Assembly: GCA_030295235.1 (NCBI GenBank)
Contig: AP026132.1
Span: 992,001 to 1,056,000 of the forward strand
Reading direction: 5' to 3'
Length of the DNA stretch: 64,000 nt
Origin: Fistulifera solaris
Lineage: Eukaryota
The notes beneath the pieces are model-generated. The model did no database searches, had not been told where the DNA came from, and worked only from the letters and a program-made list of their open reading frames with translations. Shown in pieces: positions 50,389 to 62,071 of the stretch. Every line of letters begins with the position of its first letter. Position 1 is the stretch's first letter. Position numbers and translations under genes: made by a program.

Positions 50389-52718
50389 TTATTCAAGTCC
50401 ATTGTGGCGCAAGAGAGCATCGGGTCGAGGTTCTCGTCCCCTAAATTGTTTGAAAACCTCCATCGGTTCAACGCCGCCGCCCAAGCTTAGAACTGTGTCA
50501 CGAAACTTTCTCCCTACTTTCTTTACTTCCTCCTCGTTATCCAGCCCAACTTCCTCAAAAGCAGCAAACGCATCGGCACTCATAACTTCAGCCCATTTGT
50601 AACTATAGTATCCCGCCGCGTATCCTCCCGCAAAAATGTGCGAAAAACTGCACAAGAATCGATCCTCTGGCAAAGGCATCATGTACGGCACGTACTTGGA
50701 CGAAATTCTGCGCTGCACGTCGAAGATCGACTCTCCTGCACCTTTCTCACCCGCCTCCGCATCAAATGCCGAGTGGAGCTCCAAGTCAATCTGACCGAAA
50801 ACCAGCTGTCGACAAGTGGCCATACCGGTACCGTACATGCGTTGCTTCTCGAGCTTGTCAAACATCTCTTCGGGCATGGGTGCTCCAGTTTCCCAGTGTT
50901 TGGCGAATCCATAGACCGTTGACTTGTCAAATAACCTATAAAAAGAATTTCCACGTTTCGTTAAGACATTGTTTGCCGCCACTGACCGAGACAGCAAATT
51001 ACTTACCAATTCTCCATAAATTGAGAAGGCAGTTCGACGGCGTCCCATTCTACGCCACTGATACCGGCTACGTCACCCACCGTGGCGGTGGTGAGCATAT
51101 GTTGTAAACCATGACCGAATTCATGGAACAGGGTAGTCACTTCTCGAAACGTCATGAGAGAAGGTTTCGTTCCAACAGGAGGAGACCCGTTGCAAGTCAA
51201 ATAGGCGACAGGAGTATCGCGATTGCACGCTTCGCTCTTTCCGATGCAAACGTTCATCCAAGCACCTCCTCTTTTATTTTCCGGTCGCGAATAGGGGTCG
51301 AGAAAGAAACTAGCAATGTGCTTGCCACTCTCTTTATCAAACACTTTGAAAAATCGAACATCTGGGTGCCATACTTGCTCCTCTCCGTCCGCACTCTGAA
51401 CGTCAATGTCGAAAATTCGAGAAACTAGCTGAAACATGCCATCCAGCACAGCCGGGAGAGCAAAATAAGGACGGGTCTCTTCCTCGGTTAACTCAAACTT
51501 GGATTCTTTGAGTCGTTCACTCCAGTACGTCACATCCCAATGCTTAAGTTCACTGTATTCGTCGCCACCCTTCTCCCGCGCCAGGACGGTGATTTCGGCC
51601 AACTCCTTTTCTGCGGCAGGCAGTGCCTTTGCAGCAATCAAGTCGGTCAACTCGCGCACTGCTTCCACGGAAGGTGCCATTTTGGATGACAAACTTTGTT
51701 CGGCATAATTGTCAAATCCCAACATTTTCGCCATGCTGTTCTTGAGCTTGAGTGTCTCATAGATGATCGGTGTATTGTTTCGTTCGTCACTGGATGCGCG
51801 CTGGAGGTACGCTTTATAGACTTGTTCACGCACAGTGCGATCCTTCATATGCGACATGACGGCAATGTACGACGGCATGTCCAGTGTGATGCGCCAAGGC
51901 CCTTTCTCAACATCCAATTCAACATCCTTTTCTTCTCCGTTTTGTTTCACAAAGTTCACGTGCGCATTCGCCCACATGGCTTTGGCCGAATCGGGTACTC
52001 CGTCCATCTGACTCGCGTCCGTAAGGGTCAAACTGAATGCTTTCGTCTCATCCAAGACATTGTTGCTAAACTTGGTAGCCAGCTCTGCGAGACGCATTTT
52101 CATATTGTTAAACGTCTCCTTCGCTTCTCCTTCCAGACCGACTCCTCCTAGTTTCATCGATCGCAAAGAATTCTCCACAGCGCGCTTCTTTTGCTGCGCG
52201 TAAAACGAATCATCTTCCACTTTCTGCTTCTCGGCAATCGCCGAAAGCGCGGCAAAGACTGGCTGACTCTGTTTGAATTGCGTCAATGCCTTGACAATTT
52301 TGGGTTGATTCGCTTGATAGGCTTCGCGCAATTCATCGCCGTTCTTCACAGCATTCAAATGACCCGCCACACCCCACGTGTAACCGATCGGAAATTGCAT
52401 CCTTTCGACTTGCGGCAACACGGCTTCATACTCAATATTATCAGTAGAAGCACTCAATTTCGTCTCGAGTTCTTGAAAGTCGTGTTCTAATTGTTGCAAC
52501 AAATCTTCCACGGCCGGAGTCAAATCTTTGGGTTCAATTTCCGCAAAGCGGGGCAATCCGTCTTGTTGCAAGAGCGGATTGATCGTGGTGACGGAAGCAG
52601 TGGTCATGCTGACAGCGGAAGTGCGATAGAACGATCGAACGGTCGAAGATCTAGAAAACGCACGAACTGCAACCGAACCCAGAAACATGAGACGCACAAG
52701 AGGCATGACTTGCTTCAT
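50389..52718 (-). CDS. prlC: Oligopeptidase A (M3A metallopeptidase), organelle-targeted; intron 50936-51006
   Basis: HEFGHGLQHML zinc motif, WDAVELPSQFMENW, KRGGAWM, FSHIFAGGYAAGYYSYKWAE and FRGREP. Confidence 0.95.
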
Positions 52719-53105
52719 GGTGCAAATAAATGAGATCTTTTGCGAACGACGACGGCGTTTTTTTTTTTCGTTTCGAACCGTGACGAAGTCGGCCAGCTGC
52801 ATGACTCACTCCTCACACTGCTGACGTAGGAACGTCAAACGAAAGCCGCTAAGATTTTTTAGTTGATCTATGATATGGCAACAGTTGGCAACAGTTACCG
52901 GTACGTCATATGACATAAAATCCAGCTACAGTTTGTTGTTAGACTCAAGTGCCACCTGTCACACTTTTTTCAAAAAAAGAGGGCGCACGCGCGGCGTTTT
53001 CCTTTTGCATCATGATGTCCATCGCAACCGAAATCAATCTTCAAGTTCTCAACATCACAAAAAGCTTATTCGATTGTGCTAGCGGCTTCACCAACGCAGA
53101 CTATA

Positions 53106-54941
53106 ATGATCGACTTCTTCGTGCTCGCAATCGGCTTGCTGATTACTATACGGAAGACTGCCGGCTTTACTCTTTTCGGTGCGCCATGGAGAAGTCAACA
53201 TCGACATGATGTTGCTTTTCGACATTCTTCTACATCCACTTTCCATGAACCACAATCACTGCAAGAAACAATAGAACTAAAAGACATGTGTTCAGAAATA
53301 GCCGCCAAGGATCCACAGTGGCTGCAAGAATATGTCATCGACATGCTCGACGAGGAAGATGACGAGGATTGGCTCGATATTCTCCGACAAGCGACACAGA
53401 AGGCGGCGAAGCCAACGCGACAAATATCAACTGCTGCATCTTCTATCGCCGAGGCTTTTGACGACGCGACATCTTCTACGCTTTCTCCTACTTCCTCCGA
53501 AAAAACCGAACAGACCCAATCCGATGAGACGCTCGTAGATACGACGGTGAATAACGACATCCACCCAGTCTTTAAAAACAAACAATCCAAGGAAAAGAAG
53601 GTATCTAGTTCTGAACACCTGTTAGATCGGAAAAGAAAATTAAAACAAGACTCGTTGCCAACCGTTTCGAATACAACAGTTGTGAAGGACGTGTCGCTGA
53701 GTAACGCTACAAAGGAAATTCTGTCAACGAACAACGAAGCGGTGTCGGAAGAGATTACTTTCAAACCGAAACCATCGAGTACCGAATATCTGTTGGATCG
53801 CAAAAGTAATACAATGGAACGAGACGACTTGTCCAAAGACGTCCTGATCGACCAACAACCTACTACTGCTACGTTGGATCTCAATCAAACCCAGAACAGC
53901 TCCTTCACGGCGAAAGAACGTGAAATACTCGGTGCTGCGTCTTTCGATGTCAATCAAGCTACAACGAACCGCAAGGAACCGCTCCCCGCCGTGTCACTAT
54001 CAAATATCACTAACTCCGTCAATACAACGCGCACTGTCAGCCGCGTTTTAGATTCTTCGAATAAGACCACGTCGCGAAGGACAGAAACAAAAGCCATCGA
54101 TGAAAGAGTAGTCGTCTTTAGCGATTCCAGGTTAAAAAAGAGACAACGAATATTACTTTCGAAGCTCGTGTCACTGGGATATTCGACAGAGGACATTCTT
54201 TCGCTGGATCCAGATGCTCTTTCCTTGATTGTGGAAGACAAGTTGCGACGACCCAGCACAGGTGTTCCTGTTACTTGGAAGAGCGACAAACAGCTAATCA
54301 AAATTGAATCTTTCAATGATAGCAATATGCAAAGCTCCTCGTCGATTGCGACCGAGACACCCGTTGCAGAAACATCGGACCCTAAAGCGAGACTAAATAT
54401 GACTTCCTCCGATGCCGAGGTGACAACAAGCACAAAAGAGCCACAGGTCGACAGAAGACGAGATCCTACCAACGAGCTCACTTCAGAGACGTCTCGTATC
54501 AATGGTGAAGCAAGGATTAAACCAACGAAAGAAGTCGAACGAACAAACGCGGCCGATGCAAGCACGCCCACGAAGGAAGAACGAAAGCGTCGAGTGTTTA
54601 CAGGCAGACCAGAGCCCGGGCCTCCTCGCGATGATCCTCCTCCACCAAAGGCATTCTGGCCAGATATCGATACATTCCGGTCGTTACTGAGGAAAGAAGC
54701 GGCGATGCGGCTTCGTATCCTTGGCGATGATTGGTCTCAGACCGTGAAGGATGAAAGCGAATGGCGACTCAATCTGTACAAGAATTGGTTATGGACATTA
54801 CATACAGGAGTAGGCGATCCGTTGATTGAAAGCCGAAGTGATCGCATGAGGCGGAGTAGCAGGGATCAGGCCAAGTCACAGAGCAAGAAAAAAAGAACGC
54901 CCTCGAATAAGGAGCGACAACGCCGTCAGAGAGATGACTGA
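53106..54941 (+). CDS. Hypothetical, probably plastid-targeted, low-complexity protein
   Basis: Signal peptide ending TAG-F. Ser/Thr-rich middle. Structured-looking C-terminus FWPDIDTFRSLLRKEAAMRL. Confidence 0.7.
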   Translation: MIDFFVLAIGLLITIRKTAGFTLFGAPWRSQHRHDVAFRHSSTSTFHEPQSLQETIELKDMCSEIAAKDPQWLQEYVIDMLDEEDDEDWLDILRQATQKAAKPTRQISTAASSIAEAFDDATSSTLSPTSSEKTEQTQSDETLVDTTVNNDIHPVFKNKQSKEKKVSSSEHLLDRKRKLKQDSLPTVSNTTVVKDVSLSNATKEILSTNNEAVSEEITFKPKPSSTEYLLDRKSNTMERDDLSKDVLIDQQPTTATLDLNQTQNSSFTAKEREILGAASFDVNQATTNRKEPLPAVSLSNITNSVNTTRTVSRVLDSSNKTTSRRTETKAIDERVVVFSDSRLKKRQRILLSKLVSLGYSTEDILSLDPDALSLIVEDKLRRPSTGVPVTWKSDKQLIKIESFNDSNMQSSSSIATETPVAETSDPKARLNMTSSDAEVTTSTKEPQVDRRRDPTNELTSETSRINGEARIKPTKEVERTNAADASTPTKEERKRRVFTGRPEPGPPRDDPPPPKAFWPDIDTFRSLLRKEAAMRLRILGDDWSQTVKDESEWRLNLYKNWLWTLHTGVGDPLIESRSDRMRRSSRDQAKSQSKKKRTPSNKERQRRQRDD

Positions 54942-55010
54942 AGGAAATCATATAGGTAGATAAATCATAGTATAAAGTAATTTAAAGCGCCTAATGTTGT
55001 TCACTGCTAT

Positions 55011-55586
55011 TCAAAGTTGAATCTCATCGCCATGTTTGTCGACGAGATCACTGAACCACTTTGTGGCGTCCTCTGCATCGGTAGCTAAGATCAAACTCGC
55101 AAGCGACTCCCCTGAGGAATTCAGTAACCTGACGATTCGAAGGACTTTGTTGGGCGATGTTTTTACTGTGAGGACCATCTTTGAAACGTGCGACAAGCGC
55201 ACGTGAAATTCAAACGACTTATCCTCGGAAGCCAATGTCATCAAGTTCGCGCCTGTACTCGGTTGTTGCGATATTTTTAGGACAGGGCCTAACTCGTGCG
55301 TGGTTTCTAAAATAGCACCACTACCCACGACGACTACACGAAATGGGTATTTCGAAACATGAAGTTCTGTTAGCAGATCATATACTTTTTGTTCCGGGGA
55401 AGTGAGCTCTCCCATGCGCGGTGATGAATGATCCGAGCTCGTGGCACCGCCGAAAAGGGTGAAAGGAGTAGGGAGGACCTGTTTTGAGTCCAGTGGAGGG
55501 ACAAATGCGTCTGAAATTGGAGTTATCCATGTCCACGCAAGAACAAGAAGGTATAGGCCTTTCCGAAGTGAACAAACATATGTCAT
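55011..55586 (-). CDS. Plastid-targeted ChuX/HutX-like heme utilisation/carrier protein
   Basis: Signal peptide ending SDA-F. FRVVVVGSGAILE...SFEFHV...IVRLLNSSGESLASLIL...WFSDLVDKHG resembles the ChuX/HutX pattern. Confidence 0.65.
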   Translation of the reverse strand: MTYVCSLRKGLYLLVLAWTWITPISDAFVPPLDSKQVLPTPFTLFGGATSSDHSSPRMGELTSPEQKVYDLLTELHVSKYPFRVVVVGSGAILETTHELGPVLKISQQPSTGANLMTLASEDKSFEFHVRLSHVSKMVLTVKTSPNKVLRIVRLLNSSGESLASLILATDAEDATKWFSDLVDKHGDEIQL

Positions 55587-57191
55587 GTTGGGGCTACTTC
55601 AAGGTGAAATCAGAGCCAACGTAAGTCGCAGCTGGTAATCGGATTTATCTTTACGAAGGATAAGCTGGAATATGATCTTTTATTTGAGAAAATGAAGCAT
55701 GGGAGTATGGACGGCGACAAAGTTCAGCACTACAACGAACGATGAGATGCGAAGCGCGAGAAATCCCTTCATCAAAATCAAATCCAAATAAATCCTACAG
55801 TACCTGGTCGAGCAGTTTTGAAACGCGAAGACGTCACGACGTCGAAACAGGGTGTCAGGCTACTTATCTGCCTAGACCTACAGTCCAAACCACAGTAACC
55901 TAGAAGCGTGACGTGTAAGCAAGGCTGCACGTGCGCGCATTGCACGTTGAAAAATGTCACTTAGAAACTCAGAGGATATCTTTAAAGATACCTAGAGAAG
56001 TTCACGAACTTATCAATCGATACTCGACTATCACCTAAGGGTCCAACAATAATTGGTCATGCGTATTTACGTGGCGTATAGTACTGTATACAGGATAGTT
56101 CTCACAGAATGATTTTTCAGGGGCAAGATTGGACGACGAGCGCGAAAGCGCGGGCCATCCTTCCGAAAGTCATTCACCGGGACTTTCTGGGCACACAAAA
56201 TGGGCCTGGTACAAGGTGCTGTAGAATTGAACGGCAGATCGACGTTGGAAGGAACGAAATTCTCTCAATCAAAAGCAGTATCACCGAGAATGTACCGCAG
56301 AGGTGGAAGCCGTCACCAAACATCGATCTGCGAAGACAAGAATCCATCTCCATCTCATCACAATTTCACAACTTGGTAAAAACGCAGCCACAAAAGCTCT
56401 GTAAGCACAAAACAAACTTACTGGTAAGTCAGAAGCACCACTTATGATCGTCTTGAAAATGTCGAGGCATTGAACATCATTGGTTCAGCTGTCTCGCGCT
56501 GTGTTGGTCGTTTTTGTGTCGAAAGGCACCAGAACGGGTATTTTTCAATAAAACCGGCTTTTTTTAGCCAGAGGCGAAGTCAGCCACCGCGAATTCTATT
56601 GTTCCTATGACAATAAGTATCGTCAGAGTACTCTTATTTTGTTTTCGGACTCGTCGCGATCTGATTTTCAACATTTTCGTTGCACCGGGAGTGCTGTCGT
56701 GATCGGCTTTTTCAAAAAAAAATCTCGACATTTTGCCCATGCCCGGCGGTGTTAAAACTTCAGGTGGACCGCTGTAGAGCGTCGTAGCCAGATGCGGGGG
56801 CAAAATCTCATTTCTTGTCGCCGTAGGCTCCAGTACTGAAGCTACGGAAATGGGAAATCTGATTTGCTTTGGCCTCTTCCTACTTCCTGAGGCAGAGTTC
56901 GGGATTTCGCAGGATGATGTCCGCGAACTTCATCAATCGTCAAATATCAGTGTGATCTGGTGTGCGGTGCCCGTCGTTCGATGAAAACTTCAGCTTGGAT
57001 GTTCCGAAACCTCGCTCCATGAGTACTTTTTATTCCTATACAACAACTGTTCTCACGTTTACGGTCAACTCGTGTTTCGTGTCCGTGATTCACAAAGATC
57101 CTGATCCCGAACCATAAATCTTAAATGCATGTTTCTCACAGTGTTTGTTTTCCTTTTGCAATTTATACGACAGGTAACTAAAAACAATAAT

Positions 57192-57662
57192 ATGTCGGAC
57201 TTTGAGGACTACAGCGACGAGCCCGAGGACACGGAATTCTTTGGTGATGCTGTCGACGCCGGCGATGATGACGAGGAAGACGACGATGATGACGACGACG
57301 AAGAAGAAGCTGAAATTGAACTCGGCGATGACGACACTGAAGACGATGATGAAGGTGATGCCGGTGAAGACTACGAAGATGAAGAAGCCGATGGCGATGA
57401 TGACAATGTCGAGGAAGGGGGTGATGACGATGAGGAGGAAGATGACGACGACGATGATGATGAGGGAGTAGGAACGCATACACTGGTTCAGCAAGAACTA
57501 GAACCTGATGATCCGGAAGATTATGAAGAAGAAGATGCCGGTGACGATGATGACGAGGATGAAGAGGAAGTTGGCGAAGACGACGAAGAAGAAGAAGCCG
57601 GAGATGATGACGACGAGGAGGAAGGCGATGCACCATCGTCAAAACGACCACGGATAGATTAG
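57192..57662 (+). CDS. Extremely acidic 156-aa protein with a C-terminal NLS-like KRPR
   Basis: Poly-D/E tracts, an EGVGTHTLVQQEL island, terminal SKRPRID. Confidence 0.8.
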   Translation: MSDFEDYSDEPEDTEFFGDAVDAGDDDEEDDDDDDDEEEAEIELGDDDTEDDDEGDAGEDYEDEEADGDDDNVEEGGDDDEEEDDDDDDDEGVGTHTLVQQELEPDDPEDYEEEDAGDDDDEDEEEVGEDDEEEEAGDDDDEEEGDAPSSKRPRID

Positions 57663-57781
57663 AACACTAGTGTACCTAACTCGTACTGTGTAAAGTATTT
57701 TACGGAACCTCATTCATCTTTCATTTTCTCTAGGTTTCATTTAGGTTTCGCTTTTTTCACTTGTTTGTAATAGCTGAGATC

Positions 57782-60700
57782 TTAAGTTCCTAGTGTATTT
57801 GAGAAACGATAACTGCTTGACAGCTTGTGCAATCTAGAATAAGATTTATTGTTAACTAGAACCTTCGGAGGAGGGGGTGGCTCTGTCGTACCAAGTTGGT
57901 CTGCTCCGTCGCCAACGTCCGAAGCAGAAGATGACTGAGCTTTGCTATCCGCGTTGCCCTGAAATAATTGCCCAAGCTTATCGATCAAATAAGTGGGCCG
58001 TGATGGTCCGCATACATCAGCAACCACTATGAAAACAACGAAGGAAGCCACCGTCGCCTGAACGATTGTGAAGAACAGAACGACGGCGAATTTCACGAAG
58101 AAGGTGATAGTTGTAAAGAGCATGATAGCAGCGGCGGCAAGCGTTGTGAAAGCAGCCGCTAGAATAGATGGACCCATCACAATCAACGAAGACTTTGTGC
58201 GAGCGTGACGACTGGCTTCACCAGGTAAGGCTGAGTAAGCATGAGTGAAGTGAATCACAAAATCGCAAGAGATGCCGATTAAGATGGAGACACAAATCGA
58301 TTCGATGCTGTATGAGAACAACAAGGATCCAGTAAGGAGACGTTAGAAATATGCACAGAAGGCGTTCAGTAAAACTTACAATCCCAACGTCCACCCTAAA
58401 GCCACCATTGCAGCGACAACAGACGTAAGAACATATGTGATCGCTATTCCCGAAAAGAAAGTGAGCACAAAACTATGCGAAGAGAAGAGAATTACTGCTG
58501 CTCCGACGGCCACTGCCGTAGCCGCAGATATGTAAGCTGAGCTAATCATGCTCGCGTTTGTATCAAAATACCAATAATCCTCGGAAGTGAAGTACATGCC
58601 ACCTATACCAGGAGGTGCGTTCTTCCTTTCATTCTGAAACCATTTTTCAATCAAATTCCACTCGTTCTTGGTAATGTCGAACTTTGTGTCAAATCGAATA
58701 CGGCCATTGAAGCGTGCGTACATGATTGTCAACTTGCCGTCACGCGTTAGCACAAATGTTTCGCTGTATTCTTGACTCCAATTATGTATACAGGCATGGA
58801 AATTTTTCTCATTCATCGGTAGGCCATCGGCATTTGCACAGTGATCCAAGTAGATTGGATCGGTCTCGTTCACTGGCAACGCAGACTGATTTCGAAGCCA
58901 GCTGTCAAACCGATCAATTGGACAGTCTTCATCTTCAGAATCAGCAAATTCTTGGGAGAACAGTCTTCCGCAGAAATCCCGCAAGTAAAGTTGAGTTTCT
59001 GGCTGCGACGGTTCAAAGGAGTCGTCTATGACCAGCTGAGTAAAAGAGGTGGGGTCATTATGATTGCCCGTGTCGGCTGGTACAAGGCCCCACACAACGA
59101 AAGTCGAACTGCCAGAGGACCTTAACAAGCTTTCAAAAGAATCTTCTCCCGCCAGCTCGCACTCTTTTCAAATTCGTTAGACGCGCGAAGTAAACGAACA
59201 TCGCCACTTTCAGGGGGCTGAACTTTCATGGCATAAATAATGCATACCACGAAAGTCGCTCCGACAGCTGCAAGCATGAAGTACCGAGTCGAATGAATAG
59301 CCTCATAATATTTGCTTAAGATTCCGTGAATCAAGCTGGGGTGCTCGTCAGTATCATTAATTTTCTCCGGCGGCGGTCGGAAGCAGTTGCAACAAAAGCG
59401 GTCAAAGCATCCTGACTTGTACCTTGATCTGTCATAGATACACAATGCAGGAAAGACCAGCAAGACGCAAAGCATGTATGTCAATGAGATCAGTAACCCA
59501 CAGAAAACAGCAAAGCATAAAATTGGGGCTACGGGACAAACTGCCGTTCCAAAGAAAGCGATCGCCGTTGTCAAGCTCGTCAGAAACATGGCCAGCGCTG
59601 CATCCGGAAAAGCGCGAGCCGCCACCTCGCTCGTCTCAGCGTCAGGACCGAGCTGTATCCGAGCGTTCTTCCATTTGTCAACTGCCACAAAAACATCGTC
59701 GCAGCCCAAAGCAAAGACAACGAAGATGCCGATAAAGTTAAGGAACGGAAAGAACGTAAGACCACCAATAAATGTGTAAACGAAGTACGCCAACGGAAAG
59801 CTGATAATGATTTGCAAGAAGCCAATCAACGTCAAGAAAAGGGATTGTGTGTGAACGAACATTGCAATAGTAGTGATCACAGCACTTCCTGTTGCCAAAG
59901 CCATGTCTTTTGAAAGGGCGCTGTCGACTTCCAGCTCAACGAAGTGTTCCTCTCGGGTGTCGAAAGCTCCCTCGATACGCTGCGTGCCCCTGTCAAAGTT
60001 TGCCTCCTTTTCGTAAAGTTCCTCAATGCTGTCTCGATAGGTAGCGAAAATAGAAGACGTGTATCTGAGGGGCGACGCCGAGCCGTAATCAACGTCCACC
60101 AGAGTTACAGAGAAACGTTCAGGACACGGTTCTGGAAGATCCGCCCCGTCCGTTAAAGGATCAAAGTCCGCCATTGCCTCGTCTACGCATGTAAATAATG
60201 ACTCTTGTAAGCTGGGATTCTGCTCGTTGTAGGTCACCCAATCCGCGGCCAGTTTCACGCAATCCGAGTACAACCCATCGGGTATCGTGAGACGAACATA
60301 AAATACAAGTGAAAAGGGAGGAAGACACCCATTCTCTCCACAGCCGAAACAAAGACCGTTCTCTTCCAAATACTTTTGTGTCTTTTCTTCACTCAGACAG
60401 AAATCCAAAAAGGTGTCATGGTTCAACAAGACGTTCGGCTCGGAAACATCGTTCACTTTCCAGATCGGCCAAAGATGATCCCCAAAGATCATATCTCTTC
60501 CGTACCACAACAAGTCGCAGTTGGAAATGACACTCGTGTTGCTGACGGACTGTAGCTTTCGCTGAAACGCCGCCATGTTGATAGGCAAATGCCGGTCCAA
60601 TCGGTCTTGTTTCTGCAGAGCATAGTCTTCATCCTCCAACACTGCCTCCAATCTACGACGTTCCCCGCCAGTTTCCCATCCCGGTTGAACATTGTTAATT

Positions 60701-61155
60701 AATTCATCCCAAAATTCTCCGTCTTCATCTCGAGACAACCGAAGTCTGTCATAGTATGTCAAGATAAACTGACTGTGACGATTCGCAATGACCGTTCCTC
60801 TCGATGTCCATCCCGCGTTGTTGACGGTCACGGTGAAATCTCCGACGATCATGGCGATTGCTGACAGACCCAAGCTAATGAGCAAAGACGCCCAAAGGTA
60901 CAGACAAGGACGATTCGCCACACGAGCGGCCTGCCGTTCCCAAATCGAGTAATCATCTGGATCCTTTCGAGCCAAATAACTTTTCTTTTTCGAACTTCCT
61001 TCTTCCTTGCTATCAATGCCATAGTGCGGGCCTTCTTCTTCTATCGGTGCTCCGTGAATGCTTTCCATGCTGTCGACACCGACCAAATCGCCGCTGTAAT
61101 TGGTAGGAATGGTCTCCAGTTGCCCGAAATCGGCATTTTTGCTGATGCGGACCAT
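57782..61155 (-). CDS. Dispatched/Patched-like RND transporter with a sterol-sensing domain; frameshift near 59130; intron 58308-58379
   Basis: FFPFLNFIG...LGCDDVFVAVDKWK, TSLTTAIAF, IGISCDFVIHF and MGPSILAAAFTT. Confidence 0.9.
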
Positions 61156-62071
61156 TTTTCAAGTTACACACAAGAGACAACGGAAACAGCGATCTGTGAA
61201 CCTTTTCCTGTAAAAGAAGAAGCCGTTTTTCAATGACTGATTTCTTGATTTTCTTTCCAACAATAAGCGATGGCCATGTGCCTGTTGTGTTTGTTGTGTT
61301 TGTTGGAGCGAAAGACGCAAGAAGGCCCAGTGAAACAAGAAGTACGAATGAAACCTCGTATTGTACTTTGCGTGCGTCTGGTGAGAAAAATTTAGCATGA
61401 GTTTACTAACTTCCAAACATTACTATGGCGTATGAAGTATTACAAGTCTACTTTTTATTCCAGTCCAGATTTAGTTAGGCAAGAAATTAGGCGAACGACC
61501 GTAGCACGAGGTCGAAAACTTGGGTGAAACCTCGCACCTCGCGCTCAACGGCTAACGGCAAGGATCAAACACGCACGACCACGACTGGTTGGACCAGGTT
61601 GCATTTTATGCGAATTCAATCGAACCGACACCACGCATTCTAGTGACATGTCGCACCATGACCGACAGAGTCGACCAGGATGCGATGATCACGATGATGA
61701 ATGATTGCGGTCATTGACAACCTCATTTTTTTGCTTTCCATTGCTTCTTGGGTCTTTATGAGTTTTGCTCGTCCTTCCTAATAACTTCACTTGTCAGCTT
61801 ATTATCATAAATTTTCGTCAGGAGGAACGAAGCCCATGCCAGTTTTAGCCGACACCAAACGGAACCATTTTGACATAGGCAACAACATGCTTTCGGCCCA
61901 ATGATCATTCGGAAGATTATTCGGCACTCATTCTGTTTGCTTGTTTTGTCAGAAGCTGTTGACTAAAGGCCGCTCCTTTCTATAATTCCACAACAACCCC
62001 ATGAAGTATCGCAATCTTTGTTATAAATTATCTACAAGCGCAAATCGGCAAAAATGCGGTGCAATACACGA

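Noticed and set aside
21274..55586. Heme-related gene cluster (CCB2/4, truncated globin, QCR6, HutX)
   Set aside because: The genes are spread over 34 kb among unrelated housekeeping genes and target different compartments; most likely coincidence.
57090..57651. His/Arg-rich, Ile/Val-rich and Met/Thr-rich ORFs overlapping the acidic protein
   Set aside because: Alternative-frame and antisense shadows of GAY/GAR codon runs.
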